Shown: positions 38,169 to 52,507, counted from the whole stretch's first letter. The stretch: 62,965 bases of DNA, filler included, from Reticulomyxa filosa (GCA_000512085.1; 14 parts of 14 records of this genome joined end to end with filler, not necessarily neighbours in it); one strand, 5' to 3'. Made by a program: numbers and translations. The notes: a model not told the origin generated them from the sequence alone.

Positions 38169-38812
38169 ATGGCGTCTACAAATCAAGAAACTGACGGCAT
38201 TACTGACGACATTACTGATAAACAAGAACTTGTTTCCTTAGTGCCTAAGCAAGTTTCCAGAGAAGGCCACGTTAGACGCAGTCTAATCTTGCCTCATGAA
38301 TGGACGAAAAAACAATCAGAAGAAAAGCACTCTAAGAATAATTTCTATCCAACAGTGGTATGGGAAGAGTTGCAGTCTATACTTGAACCGTTTACAAAGT
38401 TCAATGAAAGTTTGCCAATGGAAGAGCATCAACAGAATTTATCCTCGATCTTTTTAAAAATTGGGAAGCATAGAGGAAAAGGATATTTGAACTGGCTCCA
38501 AAAAAAAACAAACAACGACTTAGCAGCCAGTCTATTTCGCGAAACCCTCCCTTTCGTGTGTAAGGTGTTGCAAATGTCACAAACGTTATTTCCACAAAAA
38601 GAAAGCGCGGCAAGTCCAGAGGACAAAGAAGAGTCAAAGACAGTGCACCCATTATTGGAACTGTTCTCCCAATGCAATGAATCGTTGGAGTTGACAATGG
38701 GTCAGTGCGTCTTCTTGCTTATTTGCATGTTTTTTGGAGTGTACGAACATTCCAACTGCAACTTTTTGTTAACGCATCCCGCTTCATTAGGTACATTGGC
38801 AATTAAACAAAC

Positions 38813-38846
<34 letters not shown>

Positions 38847-39297
38847 TGATATATTCACATACATATACATGCACACTCTTTTTTTTTTTAAATATATGCA
38901 GACACAGAGGCAAAGTATATGTGTTGGTCAAAGTACTTCGATTTCGCAAGGGAAACAGGTGTCGATAGCAAGTGGTTCAAAGAACAAGTGATAACAATCC
39001 ATCGACGATGTTTGAGCACAGAACAATGTGACAATATATTTTCGGACAAAATGTTGACAAACTGCGACAAGAAATTGCCAAAGATGCATATTCGCGACGA
39101 CGGCAAAATCGAGGAGGAAAAAGAGGCCTTGCACGCAGACTTTGCCAACAAGTTCATTGGTGGAGGGGTTCTCACTGGTGGAAACGTGCAAGAAGAAATA
39201 CTCTTCACTGTTAATCCCGAATGCTTAATCACAATGCTATTGTCTCCAATGGTATTTTATTTTATTTTTATTTTATTGAATCCAAAAAAAAAAAAAA

Positions 39298-39328
<31 letters not shown>

Positions 39329-40050
39329 GTATATGCATGTATGCTTATATTAAATATATGCGTACATATGCATAGCCGATGGAAAGGAATGAAACTATTG
39401 TCATATTGGGAACGAGGCAGTATTTTGATTACACAGGCTATGGGAGTCGTTTTCAATATAACGGCTTGCATCAGTATCAACTGAGAGAAAGTGAGAGTAA
39501 AGACAAAGATTCGGGGGAAAGCGCGACCGACACGAATAACGGAGATGAAAAAGTCGACGTTTTGAGATTTTGCCAGAAAAAGCCAAATCGACTCGCAACG
39601 GGCATTGTTTGCTTTGACGCATTGGAGTTCCCTGGAGACAAACAGATACAACCCAAATTCCTGTTACGAGAGCTAGTAAAAGCCTATGTTGCATTTCAAT
39701 GTGATGAAGTCCTGTTGGCCGATGAACGATTTGGACGAGTCATTGCAACCGGTAATTGGGGGTGTGGTATGTTTGGAGGTAACAAACAAATCAAATCGTT
39801 GCTGCAATGGATTGCTGCAACATTGGCTGCCAAGGAGATTGCATATTTTACATTCGCCAAGTTTGAAAAAGATAAGCAGCTCAGCAAATTATCGGAGGTT
39901 GTCAACGCAATGGTTCAAAAAGAAATCACTGTTGGACAACTTTGGCAAGCTTTGTGCAACACAAATGTTCGTGAAAGGTTTACATATGGATCAAAAAGCT
40001 TGTTTTCATTACTCAATGAACGTCTCAAATTAAATATTTCTTCTTTGTGA
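38169..40050 (+). CDS. PARG: Poly(ADP-ribose) glycohydrolase, three exons
   Basis: Catalytic signature 'DFANKFIGGGVLTGGNVQEEILF', plus 'YTGYG', 'RELVKAY' and 'ATGNWGCGMFGG'. Introns at about 38791-38900 and 39252-39375. Confidence 0.93.
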
Positions 40051-41321
40051 TTAGTTAAAGATTGAATGATATTTCTTGTTTATAAAAATTGACTTTGACA
40101 ATTTTTCTATTACATTCACTTAAATCACAAAAAGTGATGCCCATCCCATTCATATGTTATTGTTCTTGACACACGCTTCAAATATTTTCCAAATTTAAAA
40201 ATTGCAGGGAAAAAAGTTCATTTTACGGCTGAGTAGAGTTAAAATGCCAGTGTTTCCAGAATATAAATTTGCATATTTTCAAAACTAGTTAAAAATAATC
40301 AAAACATATTTAATAAATGACAAAATTTTAAGCACCAACAAATCCAAAAAATAAGAGCTTAAGATTGCGAAAGCTTATAACAGTCAAAAAACAAAAAAGA
40401 AACAAGTAATTACAAACAAATGTCTTTACAATAATTTTTTAAAAGTTTTGTGTTCAGTAGTTTGCTGATATTTTCAAAGTTTGACATTGTTAGTGTAAAA
40501 AAGTTCAATCACAAAAAAAATTTACAAAAGACTGTTTACTGACACAAAAACGTTTTCAACAAAAGGGACTGCTCGATGATTAAACTTTTCTTTGTACATT
40601 TTATTTTAAAGTTTTGGTTTACCGTTATTGTTTTTAGTTCAAGAAAAACTAATTTATTTTTTAGAATATAATTGTTCGTTAGAACTGATAAAGAAAGCTT
40701 TACCACATTGGACTTGTGATAAACTTACTGTTGTTTAACAACTTTGCAACAGTTAAAAAGATGTATAATTTACAAATATCTTAAAAAAAAAATATATGCT
40801 TAATACAAACATGTCATATATTGTGGACATAAAGTAAATTTAAATAAACGAATATATAAATGACAACAACTAACAAAAACAGAATAGGAAATAATTAAGT
40901 AAGTGAAGTTTTTGATGAAAAGTTATTTCAAGATCACTTGAACCTTGACACAAAGTAAGCATTGCATTATAAACTTTGGATATATTGTACGTTTTCTAGA
41001 AATTTCTCCAAAAAAGCAAAAACATAATCAAAAATTGTTTTTTCACTAACAAACATAACAGCATATGATTACAGTCAGTCATATATTACAATAGAATGCA
41101 AAGTAAAGTTGACACATAAAATGGCACCTTATAGAGATTATTGATTTTCTTCATGAAAAANNNNNNNNNNNNNNNNNNNNNNNNNNNNNNNNNNNNNNNN
41201 NNNNTTAATTAATTAANNNNNNNNNNNNNNNNNNNNNNNNNNNNNNNNNNNNNNNNNNNNTATATATATATATATATACGTATATATTTATGTATATGTA
41301 TATATTTACTTATTTATAGCA

Positions 41322-43030
41322 ATGGCACTGAATAATTGGGAATATTTACCATTGATTATTCCAATCATCACCATTGCACCTACATATCAACCGACACATT
41401 TGCCGACATCACCACAAACATCTTTTCCTACATTGTCACCCGTTAGCAAGCGGCCCACTCGTAAGCCCACACGTATCCCAACCAAACGACCGACCTTGTT
41501 TCCGACACATTACCCTACCTCTTCTCCTACCCGTCGACCCGATTACCCTTTGGTCAGATCCGTGTTTTTGCATTTCTCTGGAGGGTTTGCGCTTGTCACT
41601 TTGGACAGAAGTGTGCGCTTGTTTGTCTCTTCCGCATGTGCGCAAACCCACGTCCGACCCTACGCTTTGTTCGATTGCTCTTGCGTATTTACCAATCACT
41701 TTATGCAATCATATGGTCTTTCCAATGCTTTTTTTTTTATTTTTTTAATGCACTACTCACAAACCGAATACATAATATATAAACATATGCACATATATAT
41801 GAACAACGATTTTTTTTTTTTTTTATTATAAAAAGATGATTCGATGAAGTATTGCCAATGGATAACACCCAAACAATTTAAAGTGGAGCTAATTTACAAC
41901 CACACATTTCAATTGAAGTCCATATTTGAGTTTAAACTTGGCGCATTTATTCCCAGTGACGCCACAGTGAACAGTAGTGATGCGGTCGACTCTGCAATTG
42001 TGTCCACAGCGCAAAATCGGACATGTATAATTTTTTTTTTTGATATCAATATTTTTTTGTTTTTTCGAATGATTTGGACACGTTTGTAAAAAACAAAGAA
42101 GACGTATACATTTGTAAAAAAATAAAAAAAAAAAAAAAATGGAATAAAGTGCAGCTGGACAAAAGTGGGATGCAATTGTACAAGCCACGTCCAATGATAT
42201 CTGGGTTGATTCACAACTTGTCGATATGCGACGAACTGTATGTCTCTGCAGCAATGTCACTGGGCGACATAAGTAAGCCCTTTGTGGAATACACGTGGTG
42301 GATGAATGACGAATTGGTGAAACGTGGGAACCGCAGCAGCGGCGCATTGACAATGGAGTTGACAAACTATAAATGGATTGGAATGTGGAAAAACCAATCG
42401 TCGAATATCTCGACTGAGATGAATTGAAACTGACAGTGACAAATTGGCTAAACTTGAGTGGGAGCACGGAAAGGAAAGTGACAATGGACTGGCTGTCATC
42501 GTTGGCAATGGCGGTTGGCAGCGACAGTATGTGTTCTGACCTCGCCACGGTGCAGAGCTATTCGCATCCGTTGCTCATGAACACACTGCGTAGAAATGAC
42601 AACCACGATGCTGACCCAACCACGCAGCAGTTCCAATGGATCGCCAATGTGGAGTGGCTTGGACATAGCGAGTACTATTACGACGTGCGTGTTGTGCCCA
42701 TGGCTATGACGTATGATACAACCATTTGTCAGCCCCTCGATTCGACGTCTTGCAACAATATGATTTGGTATGACTACAAGTTGGCATGGACTCAAGTGCT
42801 CACCGATCCCTTTGCGACGTCCTCTTCTTCCTCTTGGATTGACAACACCTTGATTGATCAGTACGAATACGTGCTGCATGTGTACGACGATACCGTCAAT
42901 TTCACTAACGTCTGTTCCGGTACGTGCTTCTTATCGCAATCCAAGGACTTGACCATCGTTCTCAAAAAAAGGACTGTTCAGCAGTTTTTTTTCTTCATGC
43001 TCACCGCTTCGAATGCTAATATTTCCAACA
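41322..43030 (+). CDS. Fragment of an extracellular protein with a PT-repeat stalk and a REJ/PKD-like region
   Basis: Repeat 'PTYQPTHLPTSP...RPTRKPTRIPTKRPTLFPTHYPTSSPTRRP', then 'SICDELYVSAAMSLG...EYTW' and 'LKLTVTNWLNLS'. Introns and a -1 shift at about 42418-42427. Confidence 0.5.
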
Positions 43031-43069
43031 CTGTTTTGTTATTACATATATGTATATATAAATATATAC

Positions 43070-43103
<34 letters not shown>

Positions 43104-43203
43104 NNNNNNNNNNNNNNNNNNNNNNNNNNNNNNNNNNNNNNNNNNNNTTAATTAATTAANNNNNNNNNNNNNNNNNNNNNNNNNNNNNNNNNNNNNNNNN
43201 NNN

Positions 43204-44629
43204 ACAATACACAGAATCTGAATGTCCATTGAATGATTGAATTTGTTTGTTGCTATCAACATCCCATACACAAACTGTTCTATCATCTGATCCAGAACAA
43301 ATGAATTGTCCATCAAATGTTGAATAATCAATACTATACACACCACCTACATGTCCAGTGAATGTATTGATTAATCTATAGAATGAATTTGATTTGGTTT
43401 GTAACAATTGATAATCGGAATCATTTTCTTTTTTATCTTCTTCATAATGGTGAATTTGATTATTTTTGAATTTCATTTCTTTTTTCAGTTGTTTAATTTC
43501 AATAAGAACATTGTCCTGATGATGTAATGTGTTATTTTTTTGTGTTGTAAAATAAGAATATCAAAAGAGAATGTACCAGCTGTTGTTTTAATATTTGGTT
43601 ATCATTATTCATTTCTTCAACTTCATTCTGTGTTTGTTATTTATTTTGAATTGTTAATCCAAAAAATATTGTATATGTTGACAAATCGTTTTTTAAAATA
43701 GAAGATGTTTACATTGAGCTTCGTACATGCATCACATGTACTTTGGCATTGTTCAATTTGTTTTTTGAGTTGAGTAATAGTCTGATTTATTTCTGATTTC
43801 ACTTGTTGAATATCATTTGTTAATTCAAATATTTTTGCGTCCTTTTTCACAGATTCATGTTGTAAAGCATCAATTTTTTTCTATTATCAACAATTCAAGC
43901 ATTAGTAAATTGAAATTAAATAAATACTTAAATACAACTTTTTACATTAAGTTGTTGAATTTCTGTGCTACTTTTCAAATTCGTCTCTTTTAATTCATCC
44001 TTTTTTTTATATTTTGTTATTTTCCTTTGTTTATAAATAACAAATATTATAAAAACATAAAAATAATGACAAAACTGTTTTCAATTTTTCAGTTTGCAAT
44101 TGCAATTGCAACTCTTTGACTAATGCAATAACTTGTTGAATTGAGATTAATTGACATGATTTATCTAAATGATCTTTCATTTCCTTTATTTTTCCTTTAT
44201 AACTGCATTGCTTTTCTTGTTCTTGTTTTTCTCCTAGTATTGTTCCCTCTTTCGATTGTTTCTTTTTCAAATCATATTGTCGAGGACAGATCACCAATAA
44301 ATCTGAAATTTGTTGTCTCGAAGATTTATTCTTTACAAATTCGCAATGATCATGTTGTTGAATTGGACATTTTCCATTGCTTTGTTTCAAATAGCTTTGC
44401 AGACATTCCTCTCCAAACAAATACACTTGTTCCGCATTTTCATGTTCATCGCAATGCAATTCCACTGCGTTGTTTGCAATTTGTTTGCAAATATAGCAGA
44501 CTAATTGGTTTAATTTCTCTGCTTTGTTTGTGAACAACACCCAGTCTTTGTCATAACAACTAGAACTGAAAAATGTTTCTTTTTTGTGTTCCGGGTTTTT
44601 TTATCTCTTTCTACATTCAAGGCCAACAT
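43204..44629 (-). CDS. Degenerate RING, TRAF-type zinc finger, coiled coil and WD40 repeat protein, 3' end truncated
   Basis: 'CYICKQIANNAVELHCDEH...EECL...CPIQQHDHC', 'CPRQ...CSYKGKIKEMKDHLDKSC', short coiled-coil exons, then WD40 'FTGHVGGVYSIDYS...ICSGSDDRTVCVWD...FNGHSDSVYC'. Confidence 0.85.
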
Positions 44630-47119
44630 AATCCTTTTCTTTATTATGATGAAGAGTTTTTTTCTCCAAAAAAAAGTTTTGTTTAAAAAAAAGGGGAGAA
44701 CCTGAAACTCTACTTTACAAACCGACTGTTTTTTTAAAGATTTTGAAATTTCAATGAAAAACAAGAGCAAATTAATAAAACTATAAAGACAAAATAGTCG
44801 TTTCAAAAAAAGAAGGTTGTGTACCATTCTGGAGTTATCAATTTAATACATTATTTAAGTTTGTTATGTATTTAAATTGCTTGCATTCTTTTTTCCAATA
44901 TTTCTTGTGAACAACAACAAAGATACGAACAATTGATATCAAGTGTTTTTTTGAAATGTTTGAAATAATGTGAAATTTGTCCTGTGAATCACACTTGTTT
45001 AGCATAACACAACAAAACGGATACAAATGTTCATGTGGACTTTTGTTTGAAATCATTGCCATGTAATTCAACAAATATATGATTTTCATTTTTTAAAAGA
45101 AAACAAATGGTTTTTGTAGCAAAGATTAATAGTTTTTCTTGTTGTTGCAAAAAGAGTTTAACTCTGTAATGGTATTTTCTATGGTCCCTTCGAGTGATAT
45201 TTTGTTTGATTTTGAATTTGGACATAACAAAAAGCTCTTCAAAAAAATTAAAAAGCACATAAATATGATTACTTTTCTCAAACAATTTTCTGCATTAAAT
45301 TAAACAATATTTATACCCATCGATTTATTTTGTTTGAATTCAATGTGCTTCTTTCCCCAATTATGTTTTGTCATTTGTACTGCTTTTTAATTGAAACTGT
45401 CTCCAAAGAAACAATTAATAATTTTTATTATGACAAAAAATAAAATAACTCATCTATGATTTCTTGCAGAATTCAATGTTTTTTTCCCCTAACTTTCACA
45501 AACATTAGCAAAGTGTTTAAATGGATATAGATTTTTATGCGTTTTCATTGATAGTTTTATGTTGTACACTTTTAACGCAAACCTTTTGGATGAAGAAAAA
45601 ACTTTTCATCATAATAAAAAAAAATGAACTTGTCAAAGAAGAACATTTTTTGTTTTATTTTATTAGATTTCCAATCACAAGAAAATAGAACTACTTTTAT
45701 TCTTACTCCAAAAAAACTTTAGTGTTTCTTAAAATTCTATTTTCTTTACAGTGGCACTAGGGGTAGCCCCCTCCGATTAATGTTAAAAATGGCATGTAGC
45801 AGAAATTTTGAGTTTTCCTCGCCTGAAACAAAGGAGAACAATTTGTTGTTAGTTCATGACTTCAGGTACGAAGGAATTTTCGAAAGTTAGTTCTTTGCAA
45901 CAGTGGCAAACGCGTAAGAGACGGAGGATAAATTTTTTGTTTAAGTTTACAAAATTTTTTGAATTGAAAGAATTATCAAAGTTTGTTTTAATCTCAATTT
46001 TAAATTATTTATTTTAAAATTTGGAGTTGTTTGGTTTATTTTTTTTCTAATGAAAAAGAAGAACAATTCATTTATGAATAAGTTACTTGATGCCTCAACT
46101 GGATTGAAAAAAACAATTATTTGCAAATATCTTTTTTGTATATCGAGCCAACTGAAAAGAGAATAAATTATTTTTTTATTGTTTCGCATAATGTTTAAAA
46201 AAAGTAAATCGGTCATCTTCATAAAGTGGCATGAAATATTCATAATTAAAAGCATAAAACAAGTAAGGAGTCTCGTTTTATTCAATGGAATTTACAAAGA
46301 GACTCTAAGACAAATGAAATAACAGACTAAATGATAAAACATAATTGAAAAAAAAAAGATATTAAATAAGAATAAATTATATGATATCAAATGAAGCGAT
46401 AAACAAGATTATGGAATAAGATGTCTTAAATTTGTATCATTGAAAAAGAAAGTAAATTCAAAAAAGAATTGTAGTGTTCATTTATATTATGGTTCAAATA
46501 ACGGTCTAGTTTGTGTTTAGTTTTTTTTATTTGTTTTCGTCATTTTTTGTCCATTTTTTGACTTTGATATAAAACAGCGATATAATATTCACTCAATAAT
46601 TAATTATCTTCATTATGAATTGATAATTGTTGTTTTCATTTTCTTGAAGAATTTGATACACAAAGCATGAATTAATGTTTTTTTAGATTGTAAACTCAAA
46701 TTTTTGTTTATAAAAACGCACCAAAAATGTCAAATAAGTATTTTCACTAATTTGTCTAACGACAATATTTGATTTGATTAAATCAAAATGTTATTTTCTT
46801 TAGTGTTTTTTTAATTACACATTTCTTGTTGGAAAATGTCTTATCCCCAAATACGAATTGGACCTTTGACTGAACCATAACACAAATTCAAATCATATGT
46901 GAAATTCTTTTTCTCCTTTTTCTTTTTCAATCCAATAAATTTAAGACAAAATATTNNNNNNNNNNNNNNNNNNNNNNNNNNNNNNNNNNNNNNNNNNNNT
47001 TAATTAATTAANNNNNNNNNNNNNNNNNNNNNNNNNNNNNNNNNNNNNNNNNNNNCCCCTTTTTTTTTTTTTTTTTTTTTATTTTTTTTTTTTGAAGTTA
47101 TTCACTCTTCATCGACAGT

Positions 47120-48700
47120 TTACGGAATAAATAAACAAATGAATAAAAGTAATAAATTATAAATATGTGTAACTTGATGTGCAAAGACAGGATTGACAAG
47201 GATTTGACGTAAGAGCAATTGTTCCAAAGCATTTGGTGGTATTAATGCAATATTTTGTAAAGGGATTGTGGTTGGGTTGTTGTTGTCAACAGTGTTGTTG
47301 TTGGAGGTGTTGGCGTTGTTGTTGTTGTTATTGTTAGGATCAAAGCCTTGCGTGGTATTTGTGGCGTTGTTACCTTCGTCGGTTTGCGAGTGTGTGAGGG
47401 ACTGCTGTGGTTGAATGGAAGTGGGTTGGGACGAGGGGTTGGATTGTGTTTGCGTCAAAAATGGCAGATTGGGCATGGCAAACGTCGACTGCGCCCCTTG
47501 TTGAGGAGTCGTTACAGCCATGGGCATGTGCAGTGTAGTCTGACCTTGATTGCTCATGTTTTGTGCTTGCTGCGCTTGTATTTGTTGGATTAGCAATATC
47601 TGCTGTTGTTGTTGCTGCTGCTGTTCTACCGTTAGTCCCTGTTGTTGAGGTTGTTGGGTCAATATTATCGAATTGCCAAGCAGGTTCCCGCCAGGAATGT
47701 TTGGTTGCACACGACCTATGTCCCACACATCATCACTTCATTTGCGAGACAAACAAATAAAGAAACAAACAACAAGTTTGTATAACTAATAGGTTGGGAT
47801 CCCAGAAATAATAGCATTTGACTTGGCCCTTGCTATTGCACAATAAACACATATACATATATATATATATATATATATGTTTATATTGACTAATGTAAAA
47901 AAAAAAAACAAACCTGGAGATTGGTTGGTTGGGTTTGTAAGGAAGTGTCGGTCATGGTGACAGTGGCAGACGGGGTGACAGAGTTATTGAGAGGGAGCTG
48001 GACAGTTTGTGGCTGTGGAGTGGACTGGCGTACCAATCCAGAAATGGATGTTTGGGTTTGCGATAGCATTCCTCCTGGAGAAGAGGTGCTACTCATTTCC
48101 CCAGAGGACGACAAGTTGCTCAGTCCGAGCGACTGCGCTTGCATTGAAGTTTGAGGTTGATTTTGTGTTTGTCCATCGATTAGTGTCACCTGTGCTTGTC
48201 CTTGTACGAGACTACTACCATTATTGTTGTTGTTGGCGCTGTTGATCAAGAGGCTGGAAGTAGTATTCATATTTGCACCCAAGTTATTATTATTGTTGTT
48301 GTTGTTGTTGTTGTTGATAGGGTTGGAGGCGTTAATGACAATGGTGTTGCTGTTGTTATTGTTACTGTTGTTGTTGTTGTTGGAATTTGGATCAATGACC
48401 TGCTGCGCTTGCAAATTGGGGTTGTTGGAAGTCGGGTTCGCATTCACGTTGGCACCAACATTTGCAACCCATTGAGGCCGTACATTCGAATGTGAAAATT
48501 GCATCATTTGAGCGAACATTTGTCCAGGCATGCTTGCCTTTCATTATCATCACCATTATCAATTCAAACACAAAGTTTTTATTTACTTATTTTTTGTCCT
48601 GAATTTTCTTTGTTACAAATAAAGAGAACTTGTTGTGGAGGCGAAACAATATTGTTTTGGACGGTCGGCCCTCCGAGTTGTGCGATATTAGCTCTCTGTT
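47120..48700 (-). CDS. Q/N/S/T-rich low-complexity protein fragment, multi-exon
   Basis: ORFs 47890-48531 and 47120-47728 carry poly-N and poly-Q tracts and are separated by a (TA)n-containing intron. Confidence 0.6.
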
Positions 48701-48875
48701 GATTAGGCGGGGTTTGATACGGCCCTCCCATCATCCCACCTCTTCCTCCCTAAAACCCAAAAAAAAAAAAAAAAANNNNNNNNNNNNNNNNNNNNNNNNN
48801 NNNNNNNNNNNNNNNNNNNTTAATTAATTAANNNNNNNNNNNNNNNNNNNNNNNNNNNNNNNNNNNNNNNNNNNN

Positions 48876-48911
<36 letters not shown>

Positions 48912-48919
48912 AATAATAA

Positions 48920-49547
48920 AAACCTGATGTTGTTGAATAGTTTGTTTGAATGTTTCAAATGATTTGATCACCAGATCAAAATGCAATTGCATCTTTGATT
49001 TCAGATGATCTTGTATCATATGAAATCAAACATGAATGATTACACCCAAATGGCTCAAACCAACACTTGTAAACAGCAAGAATGTTCCAAATGATCATCC
49101 ACTTGTTTAATCTTTCCTTTAAAACCACAACTTACCATTCCAGAAATTTCTCCTTCTTTATGTCCTTGATGGGTTAACGTTTGTGGATATTGCCCTTGTT
49201 CAAATTGTCGTGGACACATCACATCCAATTCTCCAATGTCGATTTTGAAAATAAACACAATTGTCATGCGGCTCGACTGGGCAAGAATTTGGATTATCGT
49301 TTAGAAACTGATGCAAACACTTCTCTCCGACGATTAATGATTCATCCATATTCTTATGCTGGTGACAATTAATTTCTATTGGATTATTGGCGACTTGCTT
49401 ACAAACTAAACAAATAAAGTCATTAATATCTTCGTGCTGGTTTAATTGTAAAATCCAATTTTTGTCAATGCGCGAAAGTTGTTTGTGGACTGGCACTACG
49501 TGAGTTTTCATACCTTCTTTGCTTTTGTCGTCTTCTATCTTGCTCAT
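48920..49547 (-). CDS. Paralogue of the RING/TRAF-zinc-finger gene, N-terminal part, frameshifted (possible pseudogene)
   Basis: '[20 protein letters not shown]...GEKCL...CPVEPHDNC' and 'CPRQF...[18 protein letters not shown]' align by eye with ORF 44031-44540. Frame breaks near 49240 and 49050. Confidence 0.75.
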
Positions 49548-51954
49548 TTACTTTATTTTTCAATTTTCTTTTGGATTTGGTTTATTGATTATTTATGTAT
49601 ATGTTAGCACAAAGTTTTTTATTGAATTTTCATTGGAGAGATTTTTGTGGTGAGGAAAAAAATCTCACGTGCACGTCTTTTTTTAATGGTGGAAACACCC
49701 TTTTTTGTGAACAAATACCTTCCATTTGGTAAAACTTTCTGACACAATAGTATTTTTCCGTCCTTTTTTAAGTGGTGGTAAGTGAGTGATACATGTTGAA
49801 TATCCCCAATTATGTGTTAACGACTGAAATATGAAGGACAAATAAAATATTTGTTAAAGTTCGTGATTTGAGACGAAAAGATACAACAAAATTACAAAAC
49901 GCATCGTCTTTTTCTTGTCGAGACACGGAACGAAAGAAAAAAAATTCTTCTTTTTTTAAAGACAAAAAGTAGTTATGTTGCCATAATTTGACTAGTTGTA
50001 AAAAAGGGTGAGTAAAGCAAGTGAACACACTAAAATCAATTGGTCTTTGATTAAAATCCATTTTAAAGGGATAAGGTTGATAAGACCCAAAACAATTTTT
50101 AGATCGTATTTAAGGCATAAATAACATACATCTGACGTTATGTCATTTGAGAAATATGAGCACAATATGTAAAGTTCTATTACTTGGATAGCGCATCTGC
50201 AAGTATTCGCCTTTTTTAATCTTCTATTTGATAATTTTAATGTCAAATAATAAGTTTATATAATTTTTGATATGTTTGTTAAACAGATCGTACAAACTAA
50301 AAACATGTTTTTAGTTTGCAAAACTAGTCTTACCAACATGTTGTCTGTATCATCATTTGAAAAAATAGTCAACAAAAAGATTAAACTTTACTAATGGTTT
50401 TTTTCTTCTGTTTTACTTTGCTCAAGTGCAAACATTACAAGAAAGAAAAAAAAAAATTTGAATTAAGCCCTTTTTTGGCTGCCTTTTCTACTTTACGAGT
50501 TCGTGGTTTTGAAAATAAATTAAGCTATTTTCACTATTTTTACGTTTATTGTCATTTTGCAACATGGAAATACAGTACTTTACAAAAGCAAAGACTACAT
50601 AAAAATTCCACTTTATGGAAAAAAGAAACATTCTGTCCCTGCGTGTATATTGTGATAAAACAGTAAAAAAAATAAAAGGGAAAGTCTAAATGAAGTTTTT
50701 TAAATATGCTGTAATTTTCCAGAAATTCAGTGTCGTGTGCGTACACGTTTGCACACGACTTTGTCCTTGTATACGTACGCATCAACCAATAATATAATGA
50801 TAATTAAAAATTGCCCGAAGTGAAAATCGATAAAAAATTATATACGATTCACTTCAATTGATTTTGTTCAAAGTGAAAATTGTGTCAAAAGGTTACAATT
50901 CTTTTTAGCATGCACACATTGCAATTTTCATCAAAGTAAAAGACAAAATTAGAATGACATATTTTCTTCTATCATTTTTTTTAACAAAAAATTCACTCCA
51001 ACAAAAATAGTGTTAACGCAAAATCGGATTGAAAAATCTTCCAGGATTGACTGCTTCGTAATTTCAATCCAAAAAAGTGTAAAATCAGCCTTATTTGAAA
51101 ATTGAAATAAGACAATCCTAATTTTTTTTCTAAAGTTATAAAATTATTATTACTTTGTAGTGATACATGAGTCATAACTGACTCCAGAGTTGTAGTAACT
51201 CAACTCATAAAAAAAACATCCTTTTTTATCCTAAAATTTTCTTGTACGTTTTCGTTTAGCGAGCTCTCTTTCTTGCATCTCTCTACAACTTTTGTACACG
51301 ATTAATTTTTAGACCAAAATAAAAAGAATATAGTATTAAAAAGCCGACATGCTACAGCAGAAGTTCACTGTTCTTTAGAAAGATTACTTTGGACTGGGCA
51401 AAAGAAATTTGTTATTTTCAATTTACTGTACTTTAGTTATAACTGAGTTAACTGTTGAGCAATTTCAGATTAAAAAAATATATATACAATAAAAAAGCTA
51501 TTTCCTATAAATCAGCAAAATAACATAAAAAAGCATCATAGTTTACTTTTTAAATTTTACACTTTAATTTAATTATATTGAATTGCTCCCTTTTTTAAAG
51601 CAAGACAAGACAATGCAAGGCTCAATACAGGTGTTATATAACAAACAAAGAGCAGACGTTTGTAATTGTTAATTAAATGATTTTTCTTTAAAATAAACAA
51701 TTTGAAAATGAAAAGAAATTTGCGTCAACATCAGGAAAATTGTGTTATTTGAAAAAAAAAAAAAAAAAAAAAGCAAATAGTGAATAAAGAAATGTGTGTA
51801 TTTGAAACCTAAAACGATACAAAAAGAAAAGTCCGTTAAAAACACTGCAAGGTGAAACAAAGCGTTGAAAAAAAGGGGAAAAAAGAAACAAAGACTTTAA
51901 GTAAGATGGTAGAAATAGGTAAAGTTGAATGAAAAATGTTTTTTTTTTTTTTTT

Positions 51955-52507
51955 TTAGTCAAGATTAATTTTGTCTTGTTTTTTTTTGCGTGGGAATATT
52001 CTGGTTTGTTGTTGTTTTTCGGCAGAAGTGGTGACATGGGCAGTGAGACTTTTGTTCATAAGTTTCAAATGGTCTTCCATGGACTCACGCAATTGACAAT
52101 AGATACAGTCAGGAAATTTACAATTGAAAAAGTTGGGACTGTGAGGAGGCCGAATGCGAATATCTTTGTTCTCGGACAAGATTTTTTGAGTATTGACAAG
52201 AAACTGGGATCGGAGTGATACGATCATGGTGGTGATCTCTTTGGTGAACTGTTGATGGTCCTGTTCGCGTTTGGCCTCTTGGGGTTCCAAGTGTGTCTGT
52301 AGCAGCAAAAGTTCAGTTTTGGATTGCACCCTGGACATGAGCGGAGGGGGCGTGCCTTGCAAGTCGGGCACGCCAACACGCGAGAGAGGACGAGTGGGTG
52401 TGGATGTGATGAAGGGAAGATTACGAGAAGTGGAGTTGATACTGGGTTCGTCATGAAGGAGTCCACGACGAACTGCAGAAGGATCATCATCATCATCACT
52501 ATTATTA
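51955..52507 (-). CDS. Hypothetical protein fragment
   Basis: GC-richer open stretch including 'CKFPDCIYC'. No family recognised. Confidence 0.35.

Noticed and set aside
25077-40050. ART-fold gene plus PARG, or LOTUS-like gene plus RNase III, as a functional gene cluster
   Set aside because: The genes are on different contigs separated by artificial spacers, so no linkage is shown.
45755-46290. Small GGGG-TAG-CCCC hairpin and nearby ORF as a DNA-transposon end
   Set aside because: No matching second terminus or convincing transposase motif was found.
44640-46955. Short F/K/I/L-rich ORFs here and at 14500-14780, 17900-18730, 20840-21200 and 49800-51860
   Set aside because: Their composition reflects AT-rich intergenic DNA and they carry no recognisable motifs.
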